Below, one piece after another: positions 19,200 through 28,701 of a stretch of 41,795 nt of DNA. Positions within the stretch are counted from its first letter, which is position 1, and every line of letters starts with the position of its first letter. Under the pieces are notes generated by a model. It ran no database searches. It had not been told where the DNA came from and saw nothing but the letters and a program-made list of their open reading frames with translations. Source of the stretch: a bacterium (GTDB lineage Bacteria > UBP15 > UBA6099 > JAJRTR01); the NCBI GenBank assembly GCA_024278215.1, contig JAJRTR010000201.1, positions 1-41,795 of the forward strand, in the 5' to 3' direction. The translations under genes and the position numbers were made by a program.

Positions 19200-19724
19200 T
19201 TACTGGGAAGTTAGTTTTTTCTCCAAAATATTCACATCACACGGCTTACCGTCCTGCATATTACGTTCCGGCTCGACGCGCACAATAGTGAAACCGATTT
19301 TTCTATAAAACACCAGCGCATCGCGATTTGTCGAGAAAACCTCGACCGCCACCTTCGATACATCCCTTGATGCCGCCAGCTCTTCGCTCAGCAGCGCAAT
19401 GGCTTCCGCACCATAGCCCTTGCCGCGGTCGTCTTCCGGTCCTATCATTATGCCAAGCAGCGCCACTTCTCCAGGCTCCTCGATTTCATAAGTGATATTG
19501 CCGACGCATCTGTCATCTCGCGCTTCGGCTATGCAATATGTTCCGCGCGCTTCGTCTGCGGCGATTTTATCGAACCAGTTCCTGTGCTCTTCGGGAGAAA
19601 TATCGTGATCGGTAAAAAACATTCGGCGGTTTTCGGGTATATTACGCCAGCGGCGAATCAACTCCAGCTCGTCATCCCTTATGGTACGCAGGACAGTTCT
19701 TTCTCCCACAATAATTGTCTTCAT
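19200..19724 (-). CDS. GNAT N-acetyltransferase (RimJ/RimL; PseH-like)
   Basis: 'LELIRRWRN...ISPEEHRNWF', RGKGYG acetyl-CoA loop, 'N..AL.FYRKIGF'. Confidence 0.85.
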   Translation of the reverse strand: MKTIIVGERTVLRTIRDDELELIRRWRNIPENRRMFFTDHDISPEEHRNWFDKIAADEARGTYCIAEARDDRCVGNITYEIEEPGEVALLGIMIGPEDDRGKGYGAEAIALLSEELAASRDVSKVAVEVFSTNRDALVFYRKIGFTIVRVEPERNMQDGKPCDVNILEKKLTSQ

Positions 19725-19912
19725 TTATCAATATCCGTCATATCATTTTCATTATCTGTGATATGCAAAAAACACACGGGTTACTCAACATGGAATCTAA
19801 ATTTGTGCGTCTTATAAAGAGAACCGAATTCCCGTGGAACACGATCCGGAATTCAAAGGCAAATTCCGGTCATGTCCCAGAGATTCCGATTGAAAATTCA
19901 AAAGCGCAGAGC

Positions 19913-21820
19913 TTACTTATAAGGAACCTCGAATGCGAGTTTTTCGAGGTCGAGCGGTGAGATGTAATCACCGCCCCTGGCCGCCGCATCCTGGAGTCTC
20001 TTTTTCTGATCGGAAAGCAGATCGTAGAATACCTGCGGTGTGTCGGGAATCTGCTCCTTATAAATCTTCTCGATGCGTTCGGTTTTCGACATGCTTTCAG
20101 GAATGCGGGTCGTGAACTGTTTGACATAGTCGTCCTGCGGATATTCCCTTTCGAGAACCTGGCTGAACAATTTCTTCAGATCATCATACAGCGGGATCAG
20201 ACCGGTTGGTGTAACAAGACAGCCGGCTTCGCCGTTGACTCGCAGTTCCATCCATTTGACCCAGACTCTTTTGTCCGACATGTTGTTGAGGAATTTGTCT
20301 TTGTCGCGCAGAAAGTAATTAACCCCAAATATAAGTGGAGAGGTTTCCAGGTCGGCCGGGAAATCGAGATGATTCTGAATATACTTACCCAGCGGTATTG
20401 CGATAAAATCAAGATTTGCCATAGGCTGGAACGCCCGGACGCCTTCTTTGCCGATTGTCGCAGCAGTTGTTTCCGATTCGAGGCTGGCACCGATTGTGAC
20501 AACACCGTGCGCCCAATTGAAGGACTGTCTGACAGGAACCCACGTGTCGGAGTCGCGGCCGCCGTATATGATTCCGCCGACCTTGACGCCTTCGGGCGCG
20601 TCTGCCTTTTCGTCCATATTGTCGAGTTCGCTCATGCGTATCGTGTATCTGGCATTCTTGTGAGCGTGCGGAATCTCGTTGCCGTTCTCATCTTTTTTTC
20701 CGGGAAACCATTCGCCGGAGAAGTTAACCCCTTTTTCGGGCAGTTGCTGTTTGTCGCCAAGCCAGTAGGGCTTGCCGTCGGCTATGAGGATATTCGAAAA
20801 AATCACTTCGCGCGGCGTTGTGATAGCTTCATGGATCATGGGGTCGTCGTCCGGGTTGACATCCTTGATAATGCCGAACAGTCCGGCCTCGACATTGACG
20901 GCATAAGCAGCGCCGTCGACTTTCCTGAGGTATGCGAGGTCGTCGCCCACAATTGTTTCGCCGGTAAGCATGGCAGTCGATGTTTTTCCGCAGAAACTGG
21001 GGAAAGCACCGGTGAAATATGTTTTCCGACCGTTGGGGCCGTTGCAGCCCATGACGAACATGTGCTCGGCGAGCCAGCCCTCGGCATCCGCTTTGCAGAT
21101 AGCGAGTCTGAAGCACAATTTCTTGAAGCCGACGGTGTTGCCCGCATACTGTGTGTTGGTCGAGTAAACAATCCTGTCGTCGAGGTCTATGAAGACTCTT
21201 CTCTTATCGACATCAATACTTGTCATGTCGTCACCGAGCCTGCCGGCTGAATGCATGACCCTGAAGAAGTCCGCGGGGTCGGCAAGTTTCTTGAACTGCT
21301 CGAAACCGGGGCGATACAGAAGGTTTTCACTGTGCGCGACATAGAATGAATCCGTCACCTGCACACCCGGTATCGAGAAAACCGAGTTGATCGGGCCGAG
21401 GCACAGGATGCGCAGAATCATCTCGCGCCCCTTCATGCTGTCCTTCAGGAAGCCCCGGACCTCCTTGAGGCCTTCGTCCTTATTTATCTGGCGCAGTCTC
21501 TTCCCGAGGTCCTTGCCTTCGGGAACAAGATATTTTGTATTCAGCGGGTCCCGGCCCTGATCCTTTAGGCCGTCGAAATGTATTGTGTGGCCCTCGATGT
21601 TCAGTTTTGATTCTTCGCCTGTCTCCAACGCCTTTGCACGGATGTAGTCCATGTCCGACTGGTCGTCACTGCAGACAAACACAGTGTCCGGGGCACAAAG
21701 CTCTATCGCGTCCGCGAGAAACTCGTTCAGTGGATCATTATTGAGTTCCTTCATCTTGCCGAGGTTCACCTCGTCCATTTTGCTTTCGAAAATCTTCAAA
21801 TGTTTTTCCTGCATCTTCAT
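19913..21820 (-). CDS. pckG: Phosphoenolpyruvate carboxykinase (GTP)
   Basis: GWLAEHM, GAFPSFCGKT, VGDDLA, HKNARYT, IIYGGRD, VNYF; likely start at 21820 after AAGGA. Confidence 0.96.
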   Translation of the reverse strand: MKMQEKHLKIFESKMDEVNLGKMKELNNDPLNEFLADAIELCAPDTVFVCSDDQSDMDYIRAKALETGEESKLNIEGHTIHFDGLKDQGRDPLNTKYLVPEGKDLGKRLRQINKDEGLKEVRGFLKDSMKGREMILRILCLGPINSVFSIPGVQVTDSFYVAHSENLLYRPGFEQFKKLADPADFFRVMHSAGRLGDDMTSIDVDKRRVFIDLDDRIVYSTNTQYAGNTVGFKKLCFRLAICKADAEGWLAEHMFVMGCNGPNGRKTYFTGAFPSFCGKTSTAMLTGETIVGDDLAYLRKVDGAAYAVNVEAGLFGIIKDVNPDDDPMIHEAITTPREVIFSNILIADGKPYWLGDKQQLPEKGVNFSGEWFPGKKDENGNEIPHAHKNARYTIRMSELDNMDEKADAPEGVKVGGIIYGGRDSDTWVPVRQSFNWAHGVVTIGASLESETTAATIGKEGVRAFQPMANLDFIAIPLGKYIQNHLDFPADLETSPLIFGVNYFLRDKDKFLNNMSDKRVWVKWMELRVNGEAGCLVTPTGLIPLYDDLKKLFSQVLEREYPQDDYVKQFTTRIPESMSKTERIEKIYKEQIPDTPQVFYDLLSDQKKRLQDAAARGGDYISPLDLEKLAFEVPYK

Positions 21821-21958
21821 ACCATCCTTTCCATATCTTAATTTCAATTCATTTTTAGTTTATCCTGCACCTGTCGCAAAACCGGAATTTGTCATAATTA
21901 TGTTATACCGCGTCCGGTTGCAATCGACCGACCCTGAACAGCCGTGTTATTGAGAAAC

Positions 21959-21986
21959 GAGATGCTTCACTTCGTTCAGAATGACA
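21959..21986 (-). repeat. REP-like element (relative of 4417-4440)
   Basis: GAGATGCTTCACTTCGTTCAGAATGACA; its reverse complement is TGTCATTCTGAACGAAGTGAAGCATCTC. Confidence 0.6.
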
Positions 21987-22527
21987 ACAACCTGCATGTC
22001 ACAAGGTTGTTATTCCCGGTTGGGACCGAAGGAATTCCTGCTCATGCACATTGCCTGTTTTAGATCGAGCAAGTTCAGGTTATCCTTAAAACACATACCG
22101 CTGCCCGGAAAAATCGCATCTGTATGTTCGGCGCTTTTTTACGTCATCCATCTTGAAAAGCATAATTTTCATCTTCCGCTTTTGAAGGCGATGCCGAATG
22201 GCTGAAAACATACAGGTTCAGGGGGGAACAACACCCTGGAACAGCATTATATCATAAAAACAATGTTAGTCCAACTGCAAAAAGCCCAGGCAGCTTTCAC
22301 AAGAAATAGAATCGGTGAACACAGCTTCGAAAACCTGGCGGTTATAGTGTCGCGTCAACGATGAAAAGACGTCCATCAGGGGGTTGTATCTATGAATACC
22401 CATGTTTGATTCCATTCCTCGCTGCACCTCTCTAAGAAGTTGCAGCGAGCACGATCGTTCGGCTCTTTTTGTAATAACGCACGAGAACAGTTGCAATTTT
22501 ACAATTTGATCATAAGCAGGTAGAATA

Positions 22528-22556
22528 TTGACAAAATAGACATGTCAGGATATATT
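22528..22556 (+). promoter_or_regulatory. Sigma70 promoter
   Basis: TTGACA, 17-bp spacer, TATATT, ending 9 nt before ATG 22566. Confidence 0.65.
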
Positions 22557-22565
22557 GCCAACACA

Positions 22566-23630
22566 ATGAAAAGAACCCGAAAAAAAATAGTTTCAGTGAT
22601 TTTTGCCGTTGCGATGATGACCGTACCGATGATGTTCGCTTCGACAACCGCCGCCGCCGAAGGCCTGAATAACGAAGAGATCGAGAGTTCTCTGATCAAT
22701 TATTCGGAGCCGGGCTATCAGTATCTCGAAAAGCTGGGCGTGGGCATGTGGAAAGTGCTGTATGCGCGTCCGGACTGGAGATACGGATGGGAAGTTGTAA
22801 TCACGACTACGTCCAGCAATCCGGAGAATTCCATACTTGTTATCGGCACATCACTTCTTGCCACGGATCACGTGAATATGGAATTGCTGACGAAGCTGCT
22901 CGATGAAAACAGCTACGACAACAACCCGGGTAATTACTCGGTTTTCTTTGAAAATAACGTTTATTACGTCCAGTATTCGCTGAAGATGCCGCAGATGCTT
23001 ATGAACAAAAAAGCGCTGCTCGAGGCTATCGGATTCGTTGCCGGATACACAAACAGCAAAGTAAAATCAATCGAGCAAATTCTTTATGGGAATGATTCTT
23101 CAAAACAGAATACATACTCGAAGTCATCAGCGCAGGCGGCAAGAAAGTCAGCATCTCCCGCACCTGCTCCAGCTCCGGTGCCCACTCCTGAAAAAGAACC
23201 CGAATCCGTAAAAAAACCCGCCCCGTCTCCACAACAGACACCGGCACCCGCCCCGGCAGCAACACCCGAACCGAAAAAGGAAGTGCAAAAAACAACGCCG
23301 ATCCCGGAGCCTGTTGTACAGAATTCCGCGCCCGACAAAACTCCCGAAGTCGCCGAAAAAAAAGCGCCGACACAAGTTGCACCGCCCGACACAGCAGGTA
23401 AAAAAACAGTCATGGCAAAATGCTATCTCGAAGCCGACGGCACGATTTCAATCGACAATACCGATCTCGAATCAGGCAAGCTGTACACTGTTCTCAATGG
23501 TGACAAACCTATACTTGAAGTGATGGTCACGAAAGTCGGTTTTCTCTCATCCAAGGCAAAAATCACCTCCATGTTTGTCAAAGAACTCGACAGCAGCAAA
23601 TACCTTGTCGGCGACAGAGTTGTTTACTGA
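22566..23630 (+). CDS. Secreted protein: signal peptide, YbjN/chaperone-like domain, Pro/Lys/Ala-rich linker, small C-terminal beta domain
   Basis: MKRTRKK plus a hydrophobic stretch and AAA cleavage site; 'ELLTKLLDEN...GNYSVFFENNVYYVQYSL'; PAPAPAP linker; ends 'VGDRVVY'. Confidence 0.6.
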   Translation: MKRTRKKIVSVIFAVAMMTVPMMFASTTAAAEGLNNEEIESSLINYSEPGYQYLEKLGVGMWKVLYARPDWRYGWEVVITTTSSNPENSILVIGTSLLATDHVNMELLTKLLDENSYDNNPGNYSVFFENNVYYVQYSLKMPQMLMNKKALLEAIGFVAGYTNSKVKSIEQILYGNDSSKQNTYSKSSAQAARKSASPAPAPAPVPTPEKEPESVKKPAPSPQQTPAPAPAATPEPKKEVQKTTPIPEPVVQNSAPDKTPEVAEKKAPTQVAPPDTAGKKTVMAKCYLEADGTISIDNTDLESGKLYTVLNGDKPILEVMVTKVGFLSSKAKITSMFVKELDSSKYLVGDRVVY

Positions 23631-23850
23631 TATAAACATCGGATTTCGGCCTCACAGCCAATCAAATGTCATCCCTTTACCACCTTGCGCGTACGCCTCT
23701 AAACAGATACACTTAGGGACCAATTGCGGTATCCTGATTCTGCTGTGTACGGTTGCAATTATTCATAGTCGATTTGTCGCAGCAAACATCGTTTTGCAGT
23801 TGGCTGGCGGGCGGACCATGCGCTTGTTTTACACACCTGGAGGATAACTA

Positions 23851-26730
23851 ATGAACAAAGTTTTTTGCGATTCGGCATTGACGCGGATTCCGGCGATTCT
23901 GTTGTTTCTGATTCTGCTTCCGACCGCCGCTCGCGCCGCTGACGTCGTTATTGTGATCGATCCCGCAGACAGCGAAACCTGCATCCGGCACGGCGCGGAT
24001 GTCCTTTCCCTCGACCTTAAGGAAAAGGGGCTCGACGTTGTCGTATCCGAAAGCGCATCCGAAGGGGATCAGTTTACTGTATATATCGGCAAACCCGGCA
24101 GTTCATGGGTATCGGTAATAGAAGGTGAAGTCGACGCAATGCCGTCTGTTCATGACAGGCCCGAGGCATACGTGACTTTCGTGTCGAGGCACACGGATAA
24201 AAAGTTCGCGGTCGCGATGGGATCCGACGAAGTCGGCGCAATGTATGCCGCCTACGAATTCGCTGACCAGGTGCGCCGGGTGCCGAAAGGAGCGGACGTA
24301 ATAAGCTATCTCAGTCCATTGCGGCGCGAACCGTTTCTCGCTATCCGGGCGGTGAATACTTTTCTTCATGTCGAGGCGTTGGACGACCCGAATTCGTGGT
24401 ATTTCGACGAATCGTTCTGGACCGGGTATCTCGATCTGCTTTCCCGCTCACGCTACAACCTTCTGGATTTCCACGCGATGTACGGTGTTGTTTCCACCTG
24501 GTTTCCCAATGTGTATCTATATATGCTGAAGTCGGACAAGTATCCTGATGTGGGGATTCCGGCGGACAGAGCGGCAATGAACCTCGCTATGTTCAACCGG
24601 ATAATCAGAATGGCGAAGGAGCGCGGAATAAAGGTTTCTCTGATGAGCTATCACGCGAGCTGGCGTGTGCGCGCAGGCGAGGAGGACAAGCCGCACGAGC
24701 CCTCGGAGTATGAACTCGTCGACTACACGAAAGAAATGGTAGCTAAGATTATAAAGGAATGTCCCGATTTGTGGATGATAGGGTTTCGCATCGGCGAGTC
24801 GGGAATGGGTGAAGATTTCTATGCAAAAAGCTACCTTGCCGGAATAGAGGAAGGCGGGCGCGACATCAATATGTTCACCCACAGCTGGGGCGCCACTCCA
24901 TATCAGATCAATCATATCGCCTCCCTTTATCCGGGAAAAACATTTGTCGAGATAAAGTATAACGGCGAACAGTTCGGTCTCCCCTACCAGGCGATCACCA
25001 ACAGCCTCAATACTAACGCAGGCTACTCGTGGGAATCATATACCAACAGGCCGCGCGACTATAAAATCATCTGGCAGATTCGCGCGAACGGGACACACCG
25101 GCTCATACGCTGGGGAGACCCCGACTTCGCCTCGCGTGCCATACGGGCGGCGACTTTCCAGGGCAGCTCCGGTTTCACTATGGAGCCTTTCACGGCATAC
25201 TACCCGCCGACGGATTTCATATTTAAAAAGGATGGAAAGATTACTTACAGATGGGATCACAACCGCAATTGGTTCTGGTATGTGTTGTGGGGCCGCACGG
25301 GCTACGACCCGGACATCAAGGAGTCTGTCTGGATAGACATGTTCAAGTATCGCTACGGCGCGAAAGCGGGGCCTGCGGCGTTTGAGGCGATGGTCGCCGG
25401 CAGCAAGTTGATACCACTTATCTACAGCTACAGGTGCATGGGATACGACCACAGGGATTACGCGCCCGAGTATGAGTACGGCGGTACTATCGAGGACTTT
25501 ATCCGCAGACCCGAACACTCGCCGTCCGTACTGCTCGATAAAACAAAGTACCAGGAACCGCTCGACCCTAATGTGATGGCGCCGATATATGACTATGTCG
25601 ACGAATCGCTGTCGGTGAAGAAAGGCCGATATGTCGACGCGCGGATGTCGCCGCTCCAGGTGGCCGACGAACTCGATTTCTATGCCGATGAAACAGAAAA
25701 ACTGATGATCGACGCGCTGCGGATCGAATCGAAAGACAAAACGGACATGCTCGCGATGGGCGCGGAGTTCCTTGTCGCCGTGCACCTCGCACGCTACTAT
25801 GCCGAAAAGATACGCTCCGCCACATCGTTCTCATATTACAGGGAAACTAATTCGTGGTACGATCTTCTGGATGCTGAAAAGAAAATAAAGTCGGCACACG
25901 CACACTGGGCGAAACTCGCTGCACACGGCGAAAAATATTTCCGGCCCATAGTCTATACTCTCAGGATGAAGACCACCGGATTCACCTGGCGGAAGGAATC
26001 GGAAAAACTCGCCGGGGACACTGACATCATAAAAGCGGAAAAGAAAAAATATCTCGAAGCAGTATCAAGAGCAAAGGGATATTCCATATCTCTGCATCCT
26101 GAGATACGGCCTGCCGCGGGCAAAGTGGTGAAAATGAAAGCAAACGTATTCGGACTGCGCGGCGGCGAAAAGCTTGTGTATCATTTCAAGTACGAAAATG
26201 CCGCCGGGAAGACAAAGACCTTCTCGCGCATTTCAGGCACGAAAACAGGTTTTAAAATCACGATACCCGCAGAATGGAATAAACCGGGCAAAGCAGTTTT
26301 TTATCTGGAACTCGTCAAGGGAAATAAGGCACTGGCGAGATACCCTGAATCCGGCGCTGTGAAGATGCTGATTAGGGGAGAAAATAATAAACCTGAAATA
26401 TTCGTCGATGCTGTCAGACTCGCAGACAAGTCGACCTACAGGATTTTTGCAAATGTGACGGACGATACAGGCGTCGAAAGTGTAAGACTCAGATATACGC
26501 CTATGCCGTCGCAGACCGAATGGCATGAGAAACGGATGAAACACATCGGCGGTTCGACTTATACCGCCGACCTGCCGGTGTCGCCCGAAGGCTGGATATA
26601 TTACATAGAAGCGGCTGACGTATTCGAGAATGCGGCGCAATATCCTGATTTCAGGAAACAGACACCTTACATACCCATCGACAGTTTCGATCCCGACAGG
26701 GGACCTGATGTGGTGCCTGTGGGAATGTGA
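23851..26730 (+). CDS. Large secreted putative glycoside hydrolase-like protein
   Basis: GGAGG RBS; signal peptide ending ARA; 'PEAY...GSDEVGAMYAAYE' resembles the GH20/67/115 N-terminal domain; 'YLDLLSRSRYNLL', 'AKERGI', 'RIGES'; C-terminal Ig-like domain 'ANVTDDTGVESV...YYIEAAD'. Confidence 0.6.
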   Translation: MNKVFCDSALTRIPAILLFLILLPTAARAADVVIVIDPADSETCIRHGADVLSLDLKEKGLDVVVSESASEGDQFTVYIGKPGSSWVSVIEGEVDAMPSVHDRPEAYVTFVSRHTDKKFAVAMGSDEVGAMYAAYEFADQVRRVPKGADVISYLSPLRREPFLAIRAVNTFLHVEALDDPNSWYFDESFWTGYLDLLSRSRYNLLDFHAMYGVVSTWFPNVYLYMLKSDKYPDVGIPADRAAMNLAMFNRIIRMAKERGIKVSLMSYHASWRVRAGEEDKPHEPSEYELVDYTKEMVAKIIKECPDLWMIGFRIGESGMGEDFYAKSYLAGIEEGGRDINMFTHSWGATPYQINHIASLYPGKTFVEIKYNGEQFGLPYQAITNSLNTNAGYSWESYTNRPRDYKIIWQIRANGTHRLIRWGDPDFASRAIRAATFQGSSGFTMEPFTAYYPPTDFIFKKDGKITYRWDHNRNWFWYVLWGRTGYDPDIKESVWIDMFKYRYGAKAGPAAFEAMVAGSKLIPLIYSYRCMGYDHRDYAPEYEYGGTIEDFIRRPEHSPSVLLDKTKYQEPLDPNVMAPIYDYVDESLSVKKGRYVDARMSPLQVADELDFYADETEKLMIDALRIESKDKTDMLAMGAEFLVAVHLARYYAEKIRSATSFSYYRETNSWYDLLDAEKKIKSAHAHWAKLAAHGEKYFRPIVYTLRMKTTGFTWRKESEKLAGDTDIIKAEKKKYLEAVSRAKGYSISLHPEIRPAAGKVVKMKANVFGLRGGEKLVYHFKYENAAGKTKTFSRISGTKTGFKITIPAEWNKPGKAVFYLELVKGNKALARYPESGAVKMLIRGENNKPEIFVDAVRLADKSTYRIFANVTDDTGVESVRLRYTPMPSQTEWHEKRMKHIGGSTYTADLPVSPEGWIYYIEAADVFENAAQYPDFRKQTPYIPIDSFDPDRGPDVVPVGM

Positions 26731-26739
26731 TTACATACT

Positions 26740-26917
26740 GAGCTCATTGCAAAATTCTGATTCTGCCGCAGTCGGCTGCTATTGGCCATAGCTGCGTTGT
26801 CGGCGCAACATCGTCCTCGACGTACTCTACAAGTACGCCTGCGAGGATTTTACACCTCCGCTTTGCTCTGAACAATTTCGCTCGACCTCGCTTCGAACAT
26901 AATTTTGCAATGGGCTC
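26740..26917. mobile_element. 178-bp MITE, copy 2, with a 5-bp target duplication
   Basis: 17-bp TIR GAGCTCATTGCAAAATT / AATTTTGCAATGGGCTC (1 mismatch); ATACT at 26735-26739 and 26918-26922. Confidence 0.9.
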
Positions 26918-27272
26918 ATACTGACGGATAAAAGATAGGACACAGGATCAATAATGATTCGTGTGTAATAAGTCGAAGATGACAAATGTCAACCAACAAT
27001 GATCGACTATAACGAACGTTCGTTCAGCATTTTAAAGCATCCTGACCGACTTTGACAAAAACATTGTTTTGAAAATGACTTATTACACACGAATCAATAA
27101 TAACACATCAATCAGCGTAGTTGCCGGGATGTTTTCATCGTTCCGGGGCTTTGACACGGAATGTATAGACCGACCGAACACTCTACGTTCACAACACTCT
27201 TTTTTGTAGCGATAACTCTTTGTGGCGGACTCGCTGTGAGGTGCTCCCGAATTTCTCACAAAGGAATCCGTG

Positions 27273-28463
27273 TTAAGATACAATATCGAGAGTGCGGCGG
27301 GCGATCTCGAGTTCTTCGTTTGTCGGAACGACAAGTATCCTTACCGGACTGCTGTCCGCCGCAACATCCACAATTTGTCTGACGGACTCCTTATTCCTGT
27401 CATGGTCAATCCGGATGCCGAGCCGCTCAAGACCGGCGCAGGCCATTTCCCTGATAACCGGCACATTCTGTCCAATGCCCGCCGTGAACACAACAGCGTC
27501 CACCCTGCCGAGCACAGCATAGTACGCGCCTATATATTTTTTTATTCTGTAAGAATAAATATTCAACGCCAGCTTCGCTTTTTCGTCACCGCGCGCGACA
27601 CTATCGAGCACATCGCGCATATCGCTCTTGCCGCAAAGTCCTTTCAACCCGCTTTGCTTGTTCATCAGGTTGTGAATCTCTTCGATAGTCATACCGAGGT
27701 TCTCGACGAGATAAAATGTAATATCCGGATCGATCTCGCCGCATCTCGTGCCCATCAGCAGACCCTCGAGCGGTGTCATACCCATAGATGTGTCGACACT
27801 TCTGCCGTTTTCTATCGCCGTCACGCTGGCACCGTTCCCAAGGTGTATCACAACCAGGTTCGCCTCGTCCAACCCGATCCCCATGAATGCTGCCGCTTCT
27901 TTTGCTACATAGAAATGGGATGTGCCGTGAAACCCGTAACGGCGCACCTTGTGCTTTTCGTAAAATTCATAAGGCAATCCGTAGTGGAAAGCATGTGGGG
28001 GGAGTGTCTGGTGGAAAGCAGTGTCGAAAACCGCGACGTGCGGCACATCGGGGAAAAAACTCATGGCCGTTTCTATGCCTGTGAGATTATGCGGATTGTG
28101 CAGAGGCGCAAGGTGGGCATTCGCCCTCACGGCCTCCGACACGCTTTCATCAATGACAGCCGGCGCGCTGAACAACTCGCCTCCATGAACAACACGATGC
28201 CCGACAGCCCCTATCTCTTTCCTGTCCCTTATTACACCATGTTTCGCATCGGTAAGCAGATCAATGATATCCGCAAGTCCCTTACGGTGGTCGCTCATCT
28301 CCAGTGTTTTCTCTATCCTCTCGCCGCCCGCAGTCTGCACGAGGCGGCATTCTTTTTCGCCGATTCTCTCGACTGTGCCCTCTGCAAGCAATGACTCGTT
28401 CCTCATATCGAAGAGCTTATATTTTATCGACGAACTGCCCGTATTTATCACCAGTATTTTCAT
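27273..28463 (-). CDS. ackA: Acetate kinase
   Basis: MKILVINTGSSSIK, GHRVVHGG, LAPLHNP, DTAFH, RRYGFHGTSH, HLGNGAS, PTNEEL. Confidence 0.98.
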   Translation of the reverse strand: MKILVINTGSSSIKYKLFDMRNESLLAEGTVERIGEKECRLVQTAGGERIEKTLEMSDHRKGLADIIDLLTDAKHGVIRDRKEIGAVGHRVVHGGELFSAPAVIDESVSEAVRANAHLAPLHNPHNLTGIETAMSFFPDVPHVAVFDTAFHQTLPPHAFHYGLPYEFYEKHKVRRYGFHGTSHFYVAKEAAAFMGIGLDEANLVVIHLGNGASVTAIENGRSVDTSMGMTPLEGLLMGTRCGEIDPDITFYLVENLGMTIEEIHNLMNKQSGLKGLCGKSDMRDVLDSVARGDEKAKLALNIYSYRIKKYIGAYYAVLGRVDAVVFTAGIGQNVPVIREMACAGLERLGIRIDHDRNKESVRQIVDVAADSSPVRILVVPTNEELEIARRTLDIVS

Positions 28464-28649
28464 GTAGTATCGGCTCCGTTTCCGCATATACGGTATAAAT
28501 CAACTATCCTTTATAGCGTTCAACACATGCAAATATCAATTATTTATGCAGAAACTTACTTTCTTCCGCATTTTGCAATCGGCTCTGTAGAGACTCTTTT
28601 TACTTGATCTCACATGAAAGGATGTAATCATCGAGCAAAACGGGGGCAC

Positions 28650-28674
28650 AAAAAAGCCTCGCACCTGCGAGGCT
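28650..28674 (-). terminator. Intrinsic terminator after the CocE/NonD gene
   Basis: Minus strand AGCCTCGC-AGGT-GCGAGGCT followed by a T run. Confidence 0.8.
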
Positions 28675-28701
28675 CTCTTATATTGCAGAATCAAACAATT
28701 G

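Noticed and set aside
23150-23400. Repetitive DNA resembling a tandem array
   Set aside because: Explained by the Pro/Ala/Lys-rich linker coding sequence; there is no repeat-spacer structure.
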